Of a DNA stretch of 64,000 nucleotides, positions 42,173 through 52,105 are shown piece after piece. How positions within the stretch are numbered: position 1 is the stretch's first letter; each line of letters starts with the position of its first letter. A model generated the notes under the pieces. The model was not told the DNA's origin and searched no databases. It saw only the letters and a list, made by a program, of their open reading frames with translations. Source of the DNA: Oscillospiraceae bacterium (GTDB taxonomy: Bacteria > Bacillota > Clostridia > Oscillospirales > Oscillospiraceae); the NCBI GenBank assembly GCA_031261745.1, contig JAISJC010000083.1:22772-86771 (forward strand). Reading direction: 5' to 3'. The translations under genes were made by a program, and so were the position numbers.

Positions 42173-42844
42173 ATGATACGCATACTCGTAGTCGAGGACG
42201 ACGCGAAGCTGAACCAAATCGTCCGCAAATACCTGAGCAACAGCGGTTACCAAGCCGAGGGCTGCGCGAACCCGAACGAGGCTTACGACCTGCTTTTCGC
42301 GTCGCGGTTCGACCTGATAATTTCCGACATTATGATGCCCGGCGTTGACGGCTTTGAGCTCGCCGAAACAATCCGCGAACAGGACAAGACCATTCCGATT
42401 CTGTTTATGACCTCGCGCGACGACATTTCCTCAAAGCAGCGGGGCTTCCGAATCGGGGTTGACGATTATTTGGTCAAGCCGTTCGATATGGACGAAATGG
42501 TGCTGCGCGTCGGCGCGCTCCTGCGCCGCGCCAACATCACAAACGAGCGCAAGCTGACGGTCGGTAGCCTCACGATGAACGAGGACGAACGCTGCGCCGT
42601 CGTGTTCGGCGAGGAAATTCCGCTGTCGGTGCGGGAGTTCAATATTCTCTTCAAGCTGCTGTCCTACCCGAAAAAGACGTTTACACGCAGCCAGCTAATC
42701 GACGAATTTTGGGGCTTGGAGAGCGAATCCGGCCTGCGGACGGTCGATGTGTACATCACAAAGCTTCGGGAAAAGTTCTCGGAATGCAAGGATTTCGAGA
42801 TCGTCACAATCCGCGGGTTCGGCTATAAGGCGGTGATTAAATGA
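42173..42844 (+). CDS. OmpR-family response regulator
   Basis: ATG 42173 preceded by SD GGGAGGTGG. Begins MIRILVVEDD, with DIMMPGVDG and a C-terminal winged helix ...TIRGFGYK. Confidence 0.9.
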   Translation: MIRILVVEDDAKLNQIVRKYLSNSGYQAEGCANPNEAYDLLFASRFDLIISDIMMPGVDGFELAETIREQDKTIPILFMTSRDDISSKQRGFRIGVDDYLVKPFDMDEMVLRVGALLRRANITNERKLTVGSLTMNEDERCAVVFGEEIPLSVREFNILFKLLSYPKKTFTRSQLIDEFWGLESESGLRTVDVYITKLREKFSECKDFEIVTIRGFGYKAVIK

Positions 42845-43884
42845 AACGTCGAAAAGATAAGCGCGTCACTGTGAAATTTATATCGCTGAAACAATTTTTC
42901 GCGCTGTTCGCGGCGATTTTATTCATTTGCGGTGATTACTACATTATTTATATAAATTATCTTGAAGACCATCAGGAGGGCAGTACGCTTTTCGGCATTT
43001 CGATTGTGCTGCTGCTGTCGCTCGCGGGCGCGTTACTGCTCAGTTTAATCAAAGAAGCATACTTCGACAAGCCGATAGAAATAATCTCCGAAGCCGCTCA
43101 AAAGGTCGCGAACGGCGATTTCAGCGTGCGTTTGCCGCCCCACCGAAAAGACGGCAAAAAAGACCATATAGAGGTCCTGATCGAGGACTTCAACACGATG
43201 GCATTGGAGCTTTCGACGATTGAAACCCTGAAAACGGACTTCATAACGAACGTGTCGCACGAGATTAAAACACCGCTGTCCGTCATTCAGAGCTACGCGG
43301 TCGCCATTCAGGACGACGATATTTCCGCGGAGGAGCGGCGCGAATACGGCAAAACGATTGTCGAAGCCTCAAAGAAACTGACCGAGCTTGTCACAAACAT
43401 TCTCAAGCTGAACAAGCTGGAAAACCAAGAGATTCTGCCCGTTTCGGAGCCTTACGCGCTTGACGAGCAGCTTCGGGAGTGCGTTTTGAGTTACGAGGAG
43501 CTGTGGGACAAGAAGAACATCACGCTCGTGGGCGACGACATCGGCGAGGTCGCAGTGAACTGCGACAGGACGCTCCTTGAACTTGTCTGGAACAACATCA
43601 TTTCCAACGCGATCAAGTTTACTGACACGGGCGGCACGATTACTCTGACGCTCCGCGAGGAGAACGGCCGCGCCGTCGTCACAGTGGCGGACACGGGCTG
43701 CGGGATGAGCGGGGAAACGGCGGCGCGTATCTTCGACAGGTTCTATCAGGGTGACACCTCGCATTCCGCCGAGGGCAACGGCTTGGGGCTTGCGCTCGTC
43801 AAAAGGGTTATGACTCTAATCGGCGGCGAGATTTCGGTCGAGAGCCGCGTAAACGAGGGAACGACGATTACGGTTAAAATTTAG
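42841..43884 (+). CDS. Sensor histidine kinase
   Basis: 347 aa with TM segments, a HAMP-like region, H-box SHEIKTPLS, and GNGLGLALV. Overlaps the response regulator gene by 4 nt. Confidence 0.9.
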   Translation: MKRRKDKRVTVKFISLKQFFALFAAILFICGDYYIIYINYLEDHQEGSTLFGISIVLLLSLAGALLLSLIKEAYFDKPIEIISEAAQKVANGDFSVRLPPHRKDGKKDHIEVLIEDFNTMALELSTIETLKTDFITNVSHEIKTPLSVIQSYAVAIQDDDISAEERREYGKTIVEASKKLTELVTNILKLNKLENQEILPVSEPYALDEQLRECVLSYEELWDKKNITLVGDDIGEVAVNCDRTLLELVWNNIISNAIKFTDTGGTITLTLREENGRAVVTVADTGCGMSGETAARIFDRFYQGDTSHSAEGNGLGLALVKRVMTLIGGEISVESRVNEGTTITVKI

Positions 43885-43895
43885 TTGCAAACAAC

Positions 43896-43928
43896 AAAAA
43901 CCTCCGTTCTGATGAACGGAGGTTTTTT
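43896..43928 (+). terminator. Intrinsic terminator after the kinase gene
   Basis: Stem CCTCCGTTC / GAACGGAGG with loop TGAT, followed by T6. Confidence 0.8.
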
Positions 43929-44033
43929 ACGTTTAACATTAATTTAACAAAACTCTAACGCAAGTCAAACAAAGCAGCGGTAAAATGCAATCATTCCAAG
44001 CGGAAACAACAATAAATAACGGAGGAAAGCACA

Positions 44034-44147
44034 ATGAAAAAGGTAACTGTTACAGCAATCGTACTCGGCGTTATCGCCGCCGTCGGCGTCGCCATTCGTG
44101 TCCGCCACATCACGAAGAACAGGAGCGGTAATTATGGCGGTAATTGA
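44034..44147 (+). CDS. Small membrane peptide (37 aa) preceding the ABC operon
   Basis: SD GGAGGAAAG. Sequence MKKVTVTAIVLGVIAAVGVAIRVRHITKNRSGNYGGN. Overlaps the ATPase start. Confidence 0.35.
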   Translation: MKKVTVTAIVLGVIAAVGVAIRVRHITKNRSGNYGGN

Positions 44148-44970
44148 AGTAAACAACTTGACAAAGGATTACGGACACAGGCGCGGCGTGTTCGACGTCT
44201 CCCTGCACGTCGAAAAGGGCGAGGTGTTCGGGTTCCTCGGCCCCAACGGAGCGGGAAAAACGACGACAATCCGACACCTGATGGGCTTCTCCGCACCGCA
44301 AAAGGGCAAGACGGCAATCGGCGGTCTTGACAGTTGGAAGCACTCGGCGAAAATTCTCGAAAACGTCGGCTACCTGCCCGGAGAACCCGCAATACCGGAA
44401 AACCTCACGGGGACACAGTTTATCCGAATGATGCAGGGGCTGCGGAACTCGCACGACGAGGCGCGGCTGAAATACCTGCTCGACCTGTTCGCGCTCGACC
44501 CGCGAGGGAAAACGAAACGTATGAGCCTCGGCAGTAAGCGTAAACTCGCTGTCATCACGGCGTTTATGGCGGACCCGGACATTCTCCTGCTTGACGAGCC
44601 GACGAGCGGACTTGACCCCGTGATGCAGGAACGGTTCATTGAGTTTATGCGCGAGGAAAAGAAGCGCGGCAAGACGATTCTGCTGTCAAGCCACATATTC
44701 AGCGAGGTGGACGCGGTGTGCGACAGGCTCGCGATTATCAAGGACGGCGAGATCGTGTCCACCGTCAGAACCGCCGACATTCGGCACAACGAGAATAAGA
44801 CATACAAAATCACATTCAAAGACGGCACGACGGAAACAGTCAACGTCAACGACCGCGATATAAACGGTCTGATTAAGCGGCTTGCGGCCGGCGGCGCGGT
44901 CGCGAGCTTCAAGGAAGAAAAGTTTACGCTTGAAAAGCACTTCCTGCATTTCTACGAGAAGGGGGCATAA
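44134..44970 (+). CDS. ABC transporter ATP-binding protein
   Basis: ATG 44134 preceded by SD AGGAG. Motifs GPNGAGKTT, LSLGSKRKL, LLLDEPTSGLD. Confidence 0.9.
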   Translation: MAVIEVNNLTKDYGHRRGVFDVSLHVEKGEVFGFLGPNGAGKTTTIRHLMGFSAPQKGKTAIGGLDSWKHSAKILENVGYLPGEPAIPENLTGTQFIRMMQGLRNSHDEARLKYLLDLFALDPRGKTKRMSLGSKRKLAVITAFMADPDILLLDEPTSGLDPVMQERFIEFMREEKKRGKTILLSSHIFSEVDAVCDRLAIIKDGEIVSTVRTADIRHNENKTYKITFKDGTTETVNVNDRDINGLIKRLAAGGAVASFKEEKFTLEKHFLHFYEKGA

Positions 44971-44972
44971 CC

Positions 44973-45881
44973 GTGGAGAACATCATCAACATTCAAAACC
45001 TCACAAAGGACTACGGGTTGGGGCGCGGACTGTTCGGCGTCAATCTGTCCGTGCGCGAGGGCGAGGTGTTCGGGCTTGTGGGCATTAACGGCGCGGGGAA
45101 AACGACGATGATTCGCCACTTAATGGGATTTTTGCACCCGACACGCGGCAAATGCTCCATTATGGGCGAGGACTGCTGGCGCAACGCCGAAGAGCTGAAA
45201 ACCTTCGTGGGCTATGTCCCCGGCGAAATCGCGTTTCCCGACGTAAAGAGCGGCATAGACTTCTTCAAACTGCAAGCCGAATATATGGGGATGAACGGCA
45301 TATCCCGCGCAGTTGACCTCGCAGAACGCTTCAACCTCGACGCGACGGCGCGGCTCAAACGAATGAGCAAGGGTATGAAGCAGAAGAGCGCGATTGTGAA
45401 CGCGTTTATGTCCGACTCGGATATTCTGCTGCTTGACGAGGCGACGACGGGGCTTGACCCGCTGATGCAAAAGGTTTTCACCGACTTGGTGCGCGAGGAA
45501 AAGCATCGCGGCAAGACGGTTTTTATGTCGAGCCATATGTTCGACGAGCTTGAAAGTGTCTGCGACCGCGTGGCATTCCTAAAAGAGGGACACATCATCG
45601 ACATCATAGAACTCTCGAAAATACGCGGCGACGAGCGCGTCAAGGAATATAAAATCGAGTTTGTGAACGACGGGGATTATCTTGCGTTCCTCGGAAAACC
45701 GTTCAACGTAAAACAGCGGCAGGAGGAATACAAGCAGGTGACAATCACTATTCCCGACGACGATATTAACGAGCTTTTCCGCGTCCTGTCGGCGTTTGAG
45801 GTGAAGTACATCACGCAAAAGCCGCAGACACTCGAAACCTATTTTCTTGAAAAATACAACAATACGGAGGTATCACAATAA
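44973..45881 (+). CDS. ABC transporter ATP-binding protein (second ATPase)
   Basis: 302 aa with GINGAGKTT, MSKGMKQK, LLLDEATTGLD. Confidence 0.9.
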   Translation: MENIINIQNLTKDYGLGRGLFGVNLSVREGEVFGLVGINGAGKTTMIRHLMGFLHPTRGKCSIMGEDCWRNAEELKTFVGYVPGEIAFPDVKSGIDFFKLQAEYMGMNGISRAVDLAERFNLDATARLKRMSKGMKQKSAIVNAFMSDSDILLLDEATTGLDPLMQKVFTDLVREEKHRGKTVFMSSHMFDELESVCDRVAFLKEGHIIDIIELSKIRGDERVKEYKIEFVNDGDYLAFLGKPFNVKQRQEEYKQVTITIPDDDINELFRVLSAFEVKYITQKPQTLETYFLEKYNNTEVSQ

Positions 45882-46651
45882 TGAACGGAACCTTGATGAA
45901 GCAGACAATCAAGAACAACATCTCGCTGTGGGCGATACTCACAATCGTTCAGGCGTTTTTCATCGGCGCGATGGTAATGGGCGGCAAAACGCCGGTGTCA
46001 ATGACCGCAATGAGTTACTACGCGCTGCTGCCGGGGCTAATATCGGCGGTTTACGTGATCGTCACGGGCAATAAACTGATTGCCGCGCAGGTGGATAAAG
46101 GCACGATGGCGTATGTGCTGAGTACACCGATTCGCAGAACAAAAGTGGCGTTGACGCAGGCGGCATATTTCGTCGGCTCGCTGTTTGCGATGTTCGCCAT
46201 TGCCGGTTGCACTCACATCATCGCGCATCGCCTCGGCGCGGGCGGCATCAGCGGCGACGAGGTGAAAGCTATCCTGCTCATCAACGCGGGGCTGTTTATG
46301 CTTAACTTCGCGTTGAGCGGCATATGCTACTTAGCGTCAAGCGTGTTCAATCTCTCAAAGTACGCAATCGCGGTGGGCGGCGGCATCGTCGGCGCAATGC
46401 ATCTGATGAGCCTAATGGCGAAATTCAATTCCAGCTTCGACTGGTTGAAGAGCTTTTCGGTCGTGACGCTGTTTGATATTGATTCGATACTTGCGTTTTC
46501 CAATCAGCAGGTGCTTTCAATGACGGGTCACGCGGCGGACGCGCCGGACGGTGCGGCGTTCATCTGGAAATTCTGCATACTCGCGGCGGTCGGCGCGGTG
46601 ACGTACGTCGCCGGAAGTACACTGTTTGCAAAGCGGGATTTGCCTCTGTGA
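45881..46651 (+). CDS. ABC-2 type transporter permease
   Basis: 256 aa with multiple hydrophobic segments. TAATG overlap with the ATPase gene. Confidence 0.8.
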   Translation: MNGTLMKQTIKNNISLWAILTIVQAFFIGAMVMGGKTPVSMTAMSYYALLPGLISAVYVIVTGNKLIAAQVDKGTMAYVLSTPIRRTKVALTQAAYFVGSLFAMFAIAGCTHIIAHRLGAGGISGDEVKAILLINAGLFMLNFALSGICYLASSVFNLSKYAIAVGGGIVGAMHLMSLMAKFNSSFDWLKSFSVVTLFDIDSILAFSNQQVLSMTGHAADAPDGAAFIWKFCILAAVGAVTYVAGSTLFAKRDLPL

Positions 46652-46727
46652 CCGTTGCAAAAATCACCATTTCTTGTGCCTGTAACCACACTAAATACAC
46701 AAAATATCGCAAAAATGTAATTTTCTA

Positions 46728-46756
46728 TTGCCAAAAGTTAAAATAAGGTTTATAAT
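46728..46756 (+). promoter_or_regulatory. Candidate murA promoter (TTGCCA-17-TATAAT)
   Basis: TTGCCA at 46728-46733 and TATAAT at 46751-46756, about 100 nt upstream of murA. Confidence 0.5.
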
Positions 46757-46855
46757 GTTGCAAAAGTGTTACAATATTAATGTCTCAACGCTTCGCGTTG
46801 ACCCGCGCTGTGCGCCCGTAAGCACTACTACACTTATTTTGCAGGAGAATTACAA

Positions 46856-48154
46856 ATGTCAAAATATATTATTCGCGGCGGCACGCCGCTCCGCGGTCAA
46901 ATCACTATCAGCGGCGCGAAAAATGCCGCGGTCGCAATCATTCCCGCCGCTCTCCTCGTAGACGGCGTGTGCCGCGTCGAGAATGTTCCGGACATCTCCG
47001 ATGTCGATATGCTCTTCTCAATCCTGCGCCAGATGGGCGCGTCAATCACCGACTGCGGCTCCGGCGCGTTTGAGATTGACTGCCGCGGCGTGAAAACCCA
47101 CGCCGCAACCGGCGAGGCAATGCAGAAAATCCGCGCCTCGTACTACCTGATCGGCGCGCTGCTCGCACGTTGCGGCCGCGCGGACGTGGCTATGCCGGGC
47201 GGCTGTAATTTCGGCGGTCCCCGCCCGATCGACCAGCACGTAAAGGGCTTCACCGCGATGGGTGCGGAAATTGACGTCAAAAACGGCATTCTCACCGCCG
47301 TGACGGACGGCGGTCTGCGCGGCGCGTCGATTTTCCTCGATGGAATCCCCTCCGTCGGCGCGACAATCAATATTATGCTTGCCGCCGCAAAGGCCGACGG
47401 CACAACGATAATCGAGAACGCCGCGCGCGAGCCGCACATCGTTGACCTCGCCAACTTCTTAAACTATATGGGTGCCAACATTCGCGGCGCGGGTACGAAT
47501 GTAATCCGCATTCGCGGCGTGAAAAACCTGAAAGGCGGCAGCTATTCGATTATTTCCGACCAAATTGAGGCGGGAACGTATATGGCGGCGGCAGCCGGAA
47601 CGGGCGGCCGCGTCGAGATAATCAACATCATTCCGAAGCATTTGGAGTGTATTTCCGGCAAGCTGCGTGAGATGGGCGTCGAGGTGTACGAATCCGGCGA
47701 TTCCTCTATTGTCGTTGAATCCACCCGCCGTTTCCGCAAAATTGACGTTACCGCAATGCCTTACCCCGGCTTCCCGACGGATATGCAGCCGCAGATTGCC
47801 GCGCTGCTGTGCCTTGCCGACGGGACAAGCACCGTCACGGACAATGTGTTCGACACGCGTTTTAAGTACGTTGACGAACTCGCAAAAATGGGCGCGTCCA
47901 TCCGCGTCACCGGCCGCACCGCGATTATTCAGGGGCTTGACCGCCTGACGGGCGCGCCGATCAGGGCGCACGACCTGCGCGCGGGCGCGGCTCTCGTTAT
48001 CGCCGGATTGTGCGCAAACGGCACGACCGAGGTCGAGGGCGTCAGCTATATCGAGCGCGGCTACGAGGACATCGTCGGCAAGCTCCGTTCCCTCGGCGCG
48101 GATATCATCTCCGTTGACGACGGCGGTGAGCTGTCCGAGTCCGCGGCGGTTTAG
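46856..48154 (+). CDS. murA: UDP-N-acetylglucosamine 1-carboxyvinyltransferase
   Basis: 432 aa. Begins MSKYIIRGGTPLRGQITISGAKNAAVAIIPAALL, with a full-length MurA pattern. Confidence 0.95.
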   Translation: MSKYIIRGGTPLRGQITISGAKNAAVAIIPAALLVDGVCRVENVPDISDVDMLFSILRQMGASITDCGSGAFEIDCRGVKTHAATGEAMQKIRASYYLIGALLARCGRADVAMPGGCNFGGPRPIDQHVKGFTAMGAEIDVKNGILTAVTDGGLRGASIFLDGIPSVGATINIMLAAAKADGTTIIENAAREPHIVDLANFLNYMGANIRGAGTNVIRIRGVKNLKGGSYSIISDQIEAGTYMAAAAGTGGRVEIINIIPKHLECISGKLREMGVEVYESGDSSIVVESTRRFRKIDVTAMPYPGFPTDMQPQIAALLCLADGTSTVTDNVFDTRFKYVDELAKMGASIRVTGRTAIIQGLDRLTGAPIRAHDLRAGAALVIAGLCANGTTEVEGVSYIERGYEDIVGKLRSLGADIISVDDGGELSESAAV

Positions 48155-48155
48155 T

Positions 48156-48938
48156 ATGCACTTAACTACGCTCGCAAGCTCCTCTTCGGGCAACTGCGTC
48201 CTTGTGTCGCAAGGTGAAACGCATATTCTTATCGACGCCGGAATCTCGTGCAAGCGCATATGCGAGGCTTTGCGCGAACTGGATATTCAGCCGTCCGATA
48301 TTGACGCCGTGGTTCTGACGCACGCGCATACGGACCACGTCAGCGGTCTGCGGACACTCAGCCGCAGCTTCTTTCCGAGGATTTACGCTTCCGAATTGAC
48401 GCTGTCGGCGATTGAGGGTTCCGTCTCTCCGAATACGAAGCTGTGCGCGATTGAGCCGGGTGAAGCATTCGCGGTGCGGGAACTCGAAATGTCGTCGTTC
48501 CGCACCTCGCACGATTCGCCGGGGAGCGTCGGTTACACTGTTACATACGGCGGGCGAAAGCTCGTCCTCGCCACGGATTTGGGGATTGTCACGCAGGAGG
48601 TCGCGGACGCGGCGCGCGGCGCGACGCTTGCGATTGTAGAGGCAAATCACGATCTGACAATGCTCAAATACGGCTACTATCCGCCGACGCTGAAACGGCG
48701 GATTTTGTCCGATGTCGGGCATTTATCCAACACCGCCTGCGGCGCGTTCGCGCTTGACCTCGTGAAATCCGGCACTGAAAACCTGATTCTCGCGCATCTG
48801 TCGCGTGAAAACAACACGCCGGAACTCGCGCTCCGCGACGTGCAGGCCGCCCTCACAAACGGCGGGGCAAAAGTCGGAACCGACGTGAAGCTCTCCGTCG
48901 CACCGCATTTCACGCTTGGGGAACGCGTCGCGGTATGA
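48156..48938 (+). CDS. MBL-fold metallo-hydrolase (YycJ-like)
   Basis: ATG 48156 lies directly after the murA stop. Motifs LTHAHTDHVSG and ...GHLSN. Confidence 0.8.
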   Translation: MHLTTLASSSSGNCVLVSQGETHILIDAGISCKRICEALRELDIQPSDIDAVVLTHAHTDHVSGLRTLSRSFFPRIYASELTLSAIEGSVSPNTKLCAIEPGEAFAVRELEMSSFRTSHDSPGSVGYTVTYGGRKLVLATDLGIVTQEVADAARGATLAIVEANHDLTMLKYGYYPPTLKRRILSDVGHLSNTACGAFALDLVKSGTENLILAHLSRENNTPELALRDVQAALTNGGAKVGTDVKLSVAPHFTLGERVAV

Positions 48939-49414
48939 TTGGTCTCACATTTCTGTGCGCGGGGCGCGTAAAGGAAAAACACTTCGCGGACGCGACGGCG
49001 GAGTACATAAAGCGTCTCGGCGCATACTGCGACGTCAGCTTTGCGGAGGTTCGCGAGGAGCGCACTTCCGAGAATCCGTCCGACGCGGAAATTTCAGCCG
49101 CATTGCGCCGCGAGGGCGCGGAAATACTCGCAAAAATCCCCAAGGGCGCGTTCACAATCGCGCTCTGTGTCGAGGGAAAACCGCTCTCCACGGAGGAATT
49201 CGCGGAGACGCTGCGCACAATCACGCTTGACCATTCTAAACTCTGCGTCGTTATAGGTTCGTCAAACGGTCTGAGCGGCGACGTGAAACGGGCCGCGCAA
49301 CTGCGGCTGTCGATGTCAAAAATGACGCTGCCGCACGCGCTCGCGCGCGTTATGGCCGCGGAGCAGCTATACCGCGCGTTCAACCTGTTAAACGGCGGCA
49401 AATATCACAAGTAA
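48935..49414 (+). CDS. rlmH: 23S rRNA (pseudouridine1915-N3)-methyltransferase
   Basis: 159 aa SPOUT pattern: ...VIGSSNGLS...LSMSKMTLPHALARVMAAEQLYRA. Confidence 0.9.
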   Translation: MIGLTFLCAGRVKEKHFADATAEYIKRLGAYCDVSFAEVREERTSENPSDAEISAALRREGAEILAKIPKGAFTIALCVEGKPLSTEEFAETLRTITLDHSKLCVVIGSSNGLSGDVKRAAQLRLSMSKMTLPHALARVMAAEQLYRAFNLLNGGKYHK

Positions 49415-49425
49415 TCGAGGGTTTT

Positions 49426-49704
49426 ATGGGAATTTTCGGATTTAGCTTCAAGAAGGATAAGCCGCTGCCGTGGGATTTGACGTCCGACGGCGAACTTGTT
49501 ACGCCCGCGCTCCTGAAATCGTCGGTTTACGACGATATGGACGTGGAAATCACGCTGAATCTGCTGACCGCCTACGGCATTCCGTCGGACAAAAAGTGGA
49601 CGAAAAAGACGCACGGCGTCGATATTTTTGTCCCCGAAACGCGGCTTGAAGAGGCGCGTGAGTTGCTCGCGGCGGAGATTCAGACGGAGGACGAAAACGA
49701 GTGA
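49426..49704 (+). CDS. Hypothetical small protein (DUF2007-like)
   Basis: 92 aa ORF between rlmH and the phosphomutase gene. Confidence 0.5.
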   Translation: MGIFGFSFKKDKPLPWDLTSDGELVTPALLKSSVYDDMDVEITLNLLTAYGIPSDKKWTKKTHGVDIFVPETRLEEARELLAAEIQTEDENE

Positions 49705-51353
49705 GCGCGATTGCAGAATTAGAAAAATGGCTCGCCTCCCCCGCTCTGTCGGACGCGGAAAAGGACGAGCTTAAAGCTGTCCGCGCGGACGCGGCGGAGG
49801 TTGAAGCGCGGTTTTTCGCTCCGCTGCCGTTCGGGACGGCGGGCTTGCGCGGCGTTTGCGGCGTCGGACTCAACCGAATGAACCGCCATATCATCCGCTG
49901 GACGACGCAGGCCTTTGCTGAAATAATCGCGCAAAACGGCGGCGGCGAAGTCGCGGTCTGCTACGACCCGCGCCACGATTCGCTCGATTTCGCGCGCGCG
50001 GCGGCGGAGGTTTTCGCGGGCAACGGATTGCGCGTGCGCATCTTTGACGACATTCGTCCGACGCCGGAGCTGTCGTTCGCCGTGCGCGAATATCACTGCG
50101 CCGCAGGCGTGAACGTCACCGCGAGCCACAACACGCGCGAGTACAACGGCTACAAACTCTACGGCTCCTACGGTTCGCAGCTCCCGCCGGACGACGCTTC
50201 GCGCGTCGCAAAACGTATGGCGGAACTGGATATTTTCGCGGACATTCGCCGGCTCGACTTCGACGCCGCGTTTTCCCAAGGTCTGATCACCGAAATGGGC
50301 GCGGAAACGGACGCGGCATTCCTCGCCGCCGCGCTCGGCGAAGTCACGGACACGCAAATCGTCCCTGAGGTCGCCGAAAGGCTGAAAATCGTCTACACGC
50401 CGTTCCACGGCGCGGGGCGCGTCCTCGTCCCCGAAGCGTTGCGGCGGCTGGGTGTGAAGCACCTGTTTCCCGTCGCGGAGCAGATGATTCCCGACGGCGA
50501 CTTCCCCACCGTCGCGTCGCCGAACCCCGAAAATCCGGAGAGCTTCGCCCTCGCGGTCGCACTCGCGGAACGCGTGGACGCGGATCTGATTATCGGCACC
50601 GACCCCGACAGCGACAGGATCGCGATTCTCGTGCGTGACAGCGGTGTTTATACGCATATTTCCGGACACAAAACGGGCGTTTTACTGCTCGATTATCTGC
50701 TTGGCGCGCGGAAAAAGGCGGGGCGGCTCCCCGAAAACGCCGTCGCGCTGAAAACAATCGTCACGACCGATATGGCGCGCGCAGTCGCGGAAAGCCACGG
50801 CGCGCAGTCCTTTGATACGTTTACGGGCTTCAAGTTTATGGCGGAGCGCAAGCGCGAGCTGGAACAGAGCGGTGCGGGAAAGGTCATCTTCGCGTACGAG
50901 GAGAGCTACGGCTATATGATCGGCGATTTTGTCCGCGACAAGGACGCCGTGACCGCCGCCGCCCTGCTCACCGAGATGACGGCGCACTACCTCGCGCAAG
51001 GAAAAACGCTCCTCGACGCGCTCGGCGGTCTGTACGAGAAGCTCGGTTATTACGAAGAGGCGGCTATCAGCCTCGTTATGCCCGGCCTTGACGGGCTGCG
51101 GAATATGCAGGCGCTGATGCGGCGGCTGCGCGACACGCCGCCGGCTGAAATCGCGGGCGCGCGTGTCACGGCGACGCACGACTACATTCCCGACGGCTCG
51201 GACGTTCTGCGGTTCGGGCTTGACGACGGAACGGCGATTCTCATTCGCCCGTCCGGTACAGAGCCGAAAATAAAGGTGTATGTGCTGGCGCGCGGCGACA
51301 CAAAAAAATATGCCGAATGGGCAAAAAATCTATCCGCCGCCGCGCCGGAATAA
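49701..51353 (+). CDS. Phospho-sugar mutase (phosphoglucomutase/phosphomannomutase family)
   Basis: 550 aa. Active-site loop TASHNTREYNGYK. GTGA overlap with the upstream gene. Confidence 0.9.
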   Translation: MSAIAELEKWLASPALSDAEKDELKAVRADAAEVEARFFAPLPFGTAGLRGVCGVGLNRMNRHIIRWTTQAFAEIIAQNGGGEVAVCYDPRHDSLDFARAAAEVFAGNGLRVRIFDDIRPTPELSFAVREYHCAAGVNVTASHNTREYNGYKLYGSYGSQLPPDDASRVAKRMAELDIFADIRRLDFDAAFSQGLITEMGAETDAAFLAAALGEVTDTQIVPEVAERLKIVYTPFHGAGRVLVPEALRRLGVKHLFPVAEQMIPDGDFPTVASPNPENPESFALAVALAERVDADLIIGTDPDSDRIAILVRDSGVYTHISGHKTGVLLLDYLLGARKKAGRLPENAVALKTIVTTDMARAVAESHGAQSFDTFTGFKFMAERKRELEQSGAGKVIFAYEESYGYMIGDFVRDKDAVTAAALLTEMTAHYLAQGKTLLDALGGLYEKLGYYEEAAISLVMPGLDGLRNMQALMRRLRDTPPAEIAGARVTATHDYIPDGSDVLRFGLDDGTAILIRPSGTEPKIKVYVLARGDTKKYAEWAKNLSAAAPE

Positions 51354-51452
51354 TCGCTCCCGACGCAACGGCGGCTATATAAAAGACGGCGGCGCGCCGA
51401 CGCCTATGTAATACTATGCACACAGCTTGAACTTGGTTAGGGGATATTTATT

Positions 51453-52097
51453 ATGGTTAAAATCGCACCTTCGATACTTTCTGCCGACTTTACACGGTTA
51501 TATGAGGAAATACTTAGCGTTTCCACGGCGGATTATCTGCATTTCGACGTTATGGACGGCGTGTTCGTGCCGAACATCTCTATCGGTCTGCCCGTGCTTG
51601 AATCCGTCCGCAGGGTCACGGAGATGACGCTCGACGTGCATCTGATGATTACGGAGCCGTCGCGTTTCGCCGTGAAATTCGCGGAATCCGGCGCGGATAT
51701 CGTGACGTTCCACGTCGAATCGGACGAACCGGAAGCGATTGCGCGCGCGATTACGGGCGTGCATTCCATCGGCAAAAAAGTAGGTCTCGCACTGAAACCT
51801 GCTACGCCGGCGGACGCGGTTCTGCCGTACATCTCCCTGCTCGATATGGTCGTCGTGATGACTGTCGAGCCGGGTTTCGGCGGGCAAAAGTTTATGACGG
51901 AACAGATGCCGAAGCTCAAAGCCCTCCGCGAGATGATCGAGGCGTACAATCCGCGCTGCGAGTTGGAAGTTGACGGCGGCGTAAATCCCGAAACCGCAAG
52001 GATTTGCGTGGAAAACGGCGCGTCCGTCCTCGTCGCAGGCTCCGATATTTTTAAGCAAGCGGACCGCGCGGCGCGTATTCAAGAATTACGGGGTTGA
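51453..52097 (+). CDS. rpe: Ribulose-phosphate 3-epimerase
   Basis: 214 aa. MVKIAPSILSADF...HFDVMDG...VDGG pattern. Confidence 0.95.
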   Translation: MVKIAPSILSADFTRLYEEILSVSTADYLHFDVMDGVFVPNISIGLPVLESVRRVTEMTLDVHLMITEPSRFAVKFAESGADIVTFHVESDEPEAIARAITGVHSIGKKVGLALKPATPADAVLPYISLLDMVVVMTVEPGFGGQKFMTEQMPKLKALREMIEAYNPRCELEVDGGVNPETARICVENGASVLVAGSDIFKQADRAARIQELRG

Positions 52098-52105
52098 GGT
52101 AAGCT

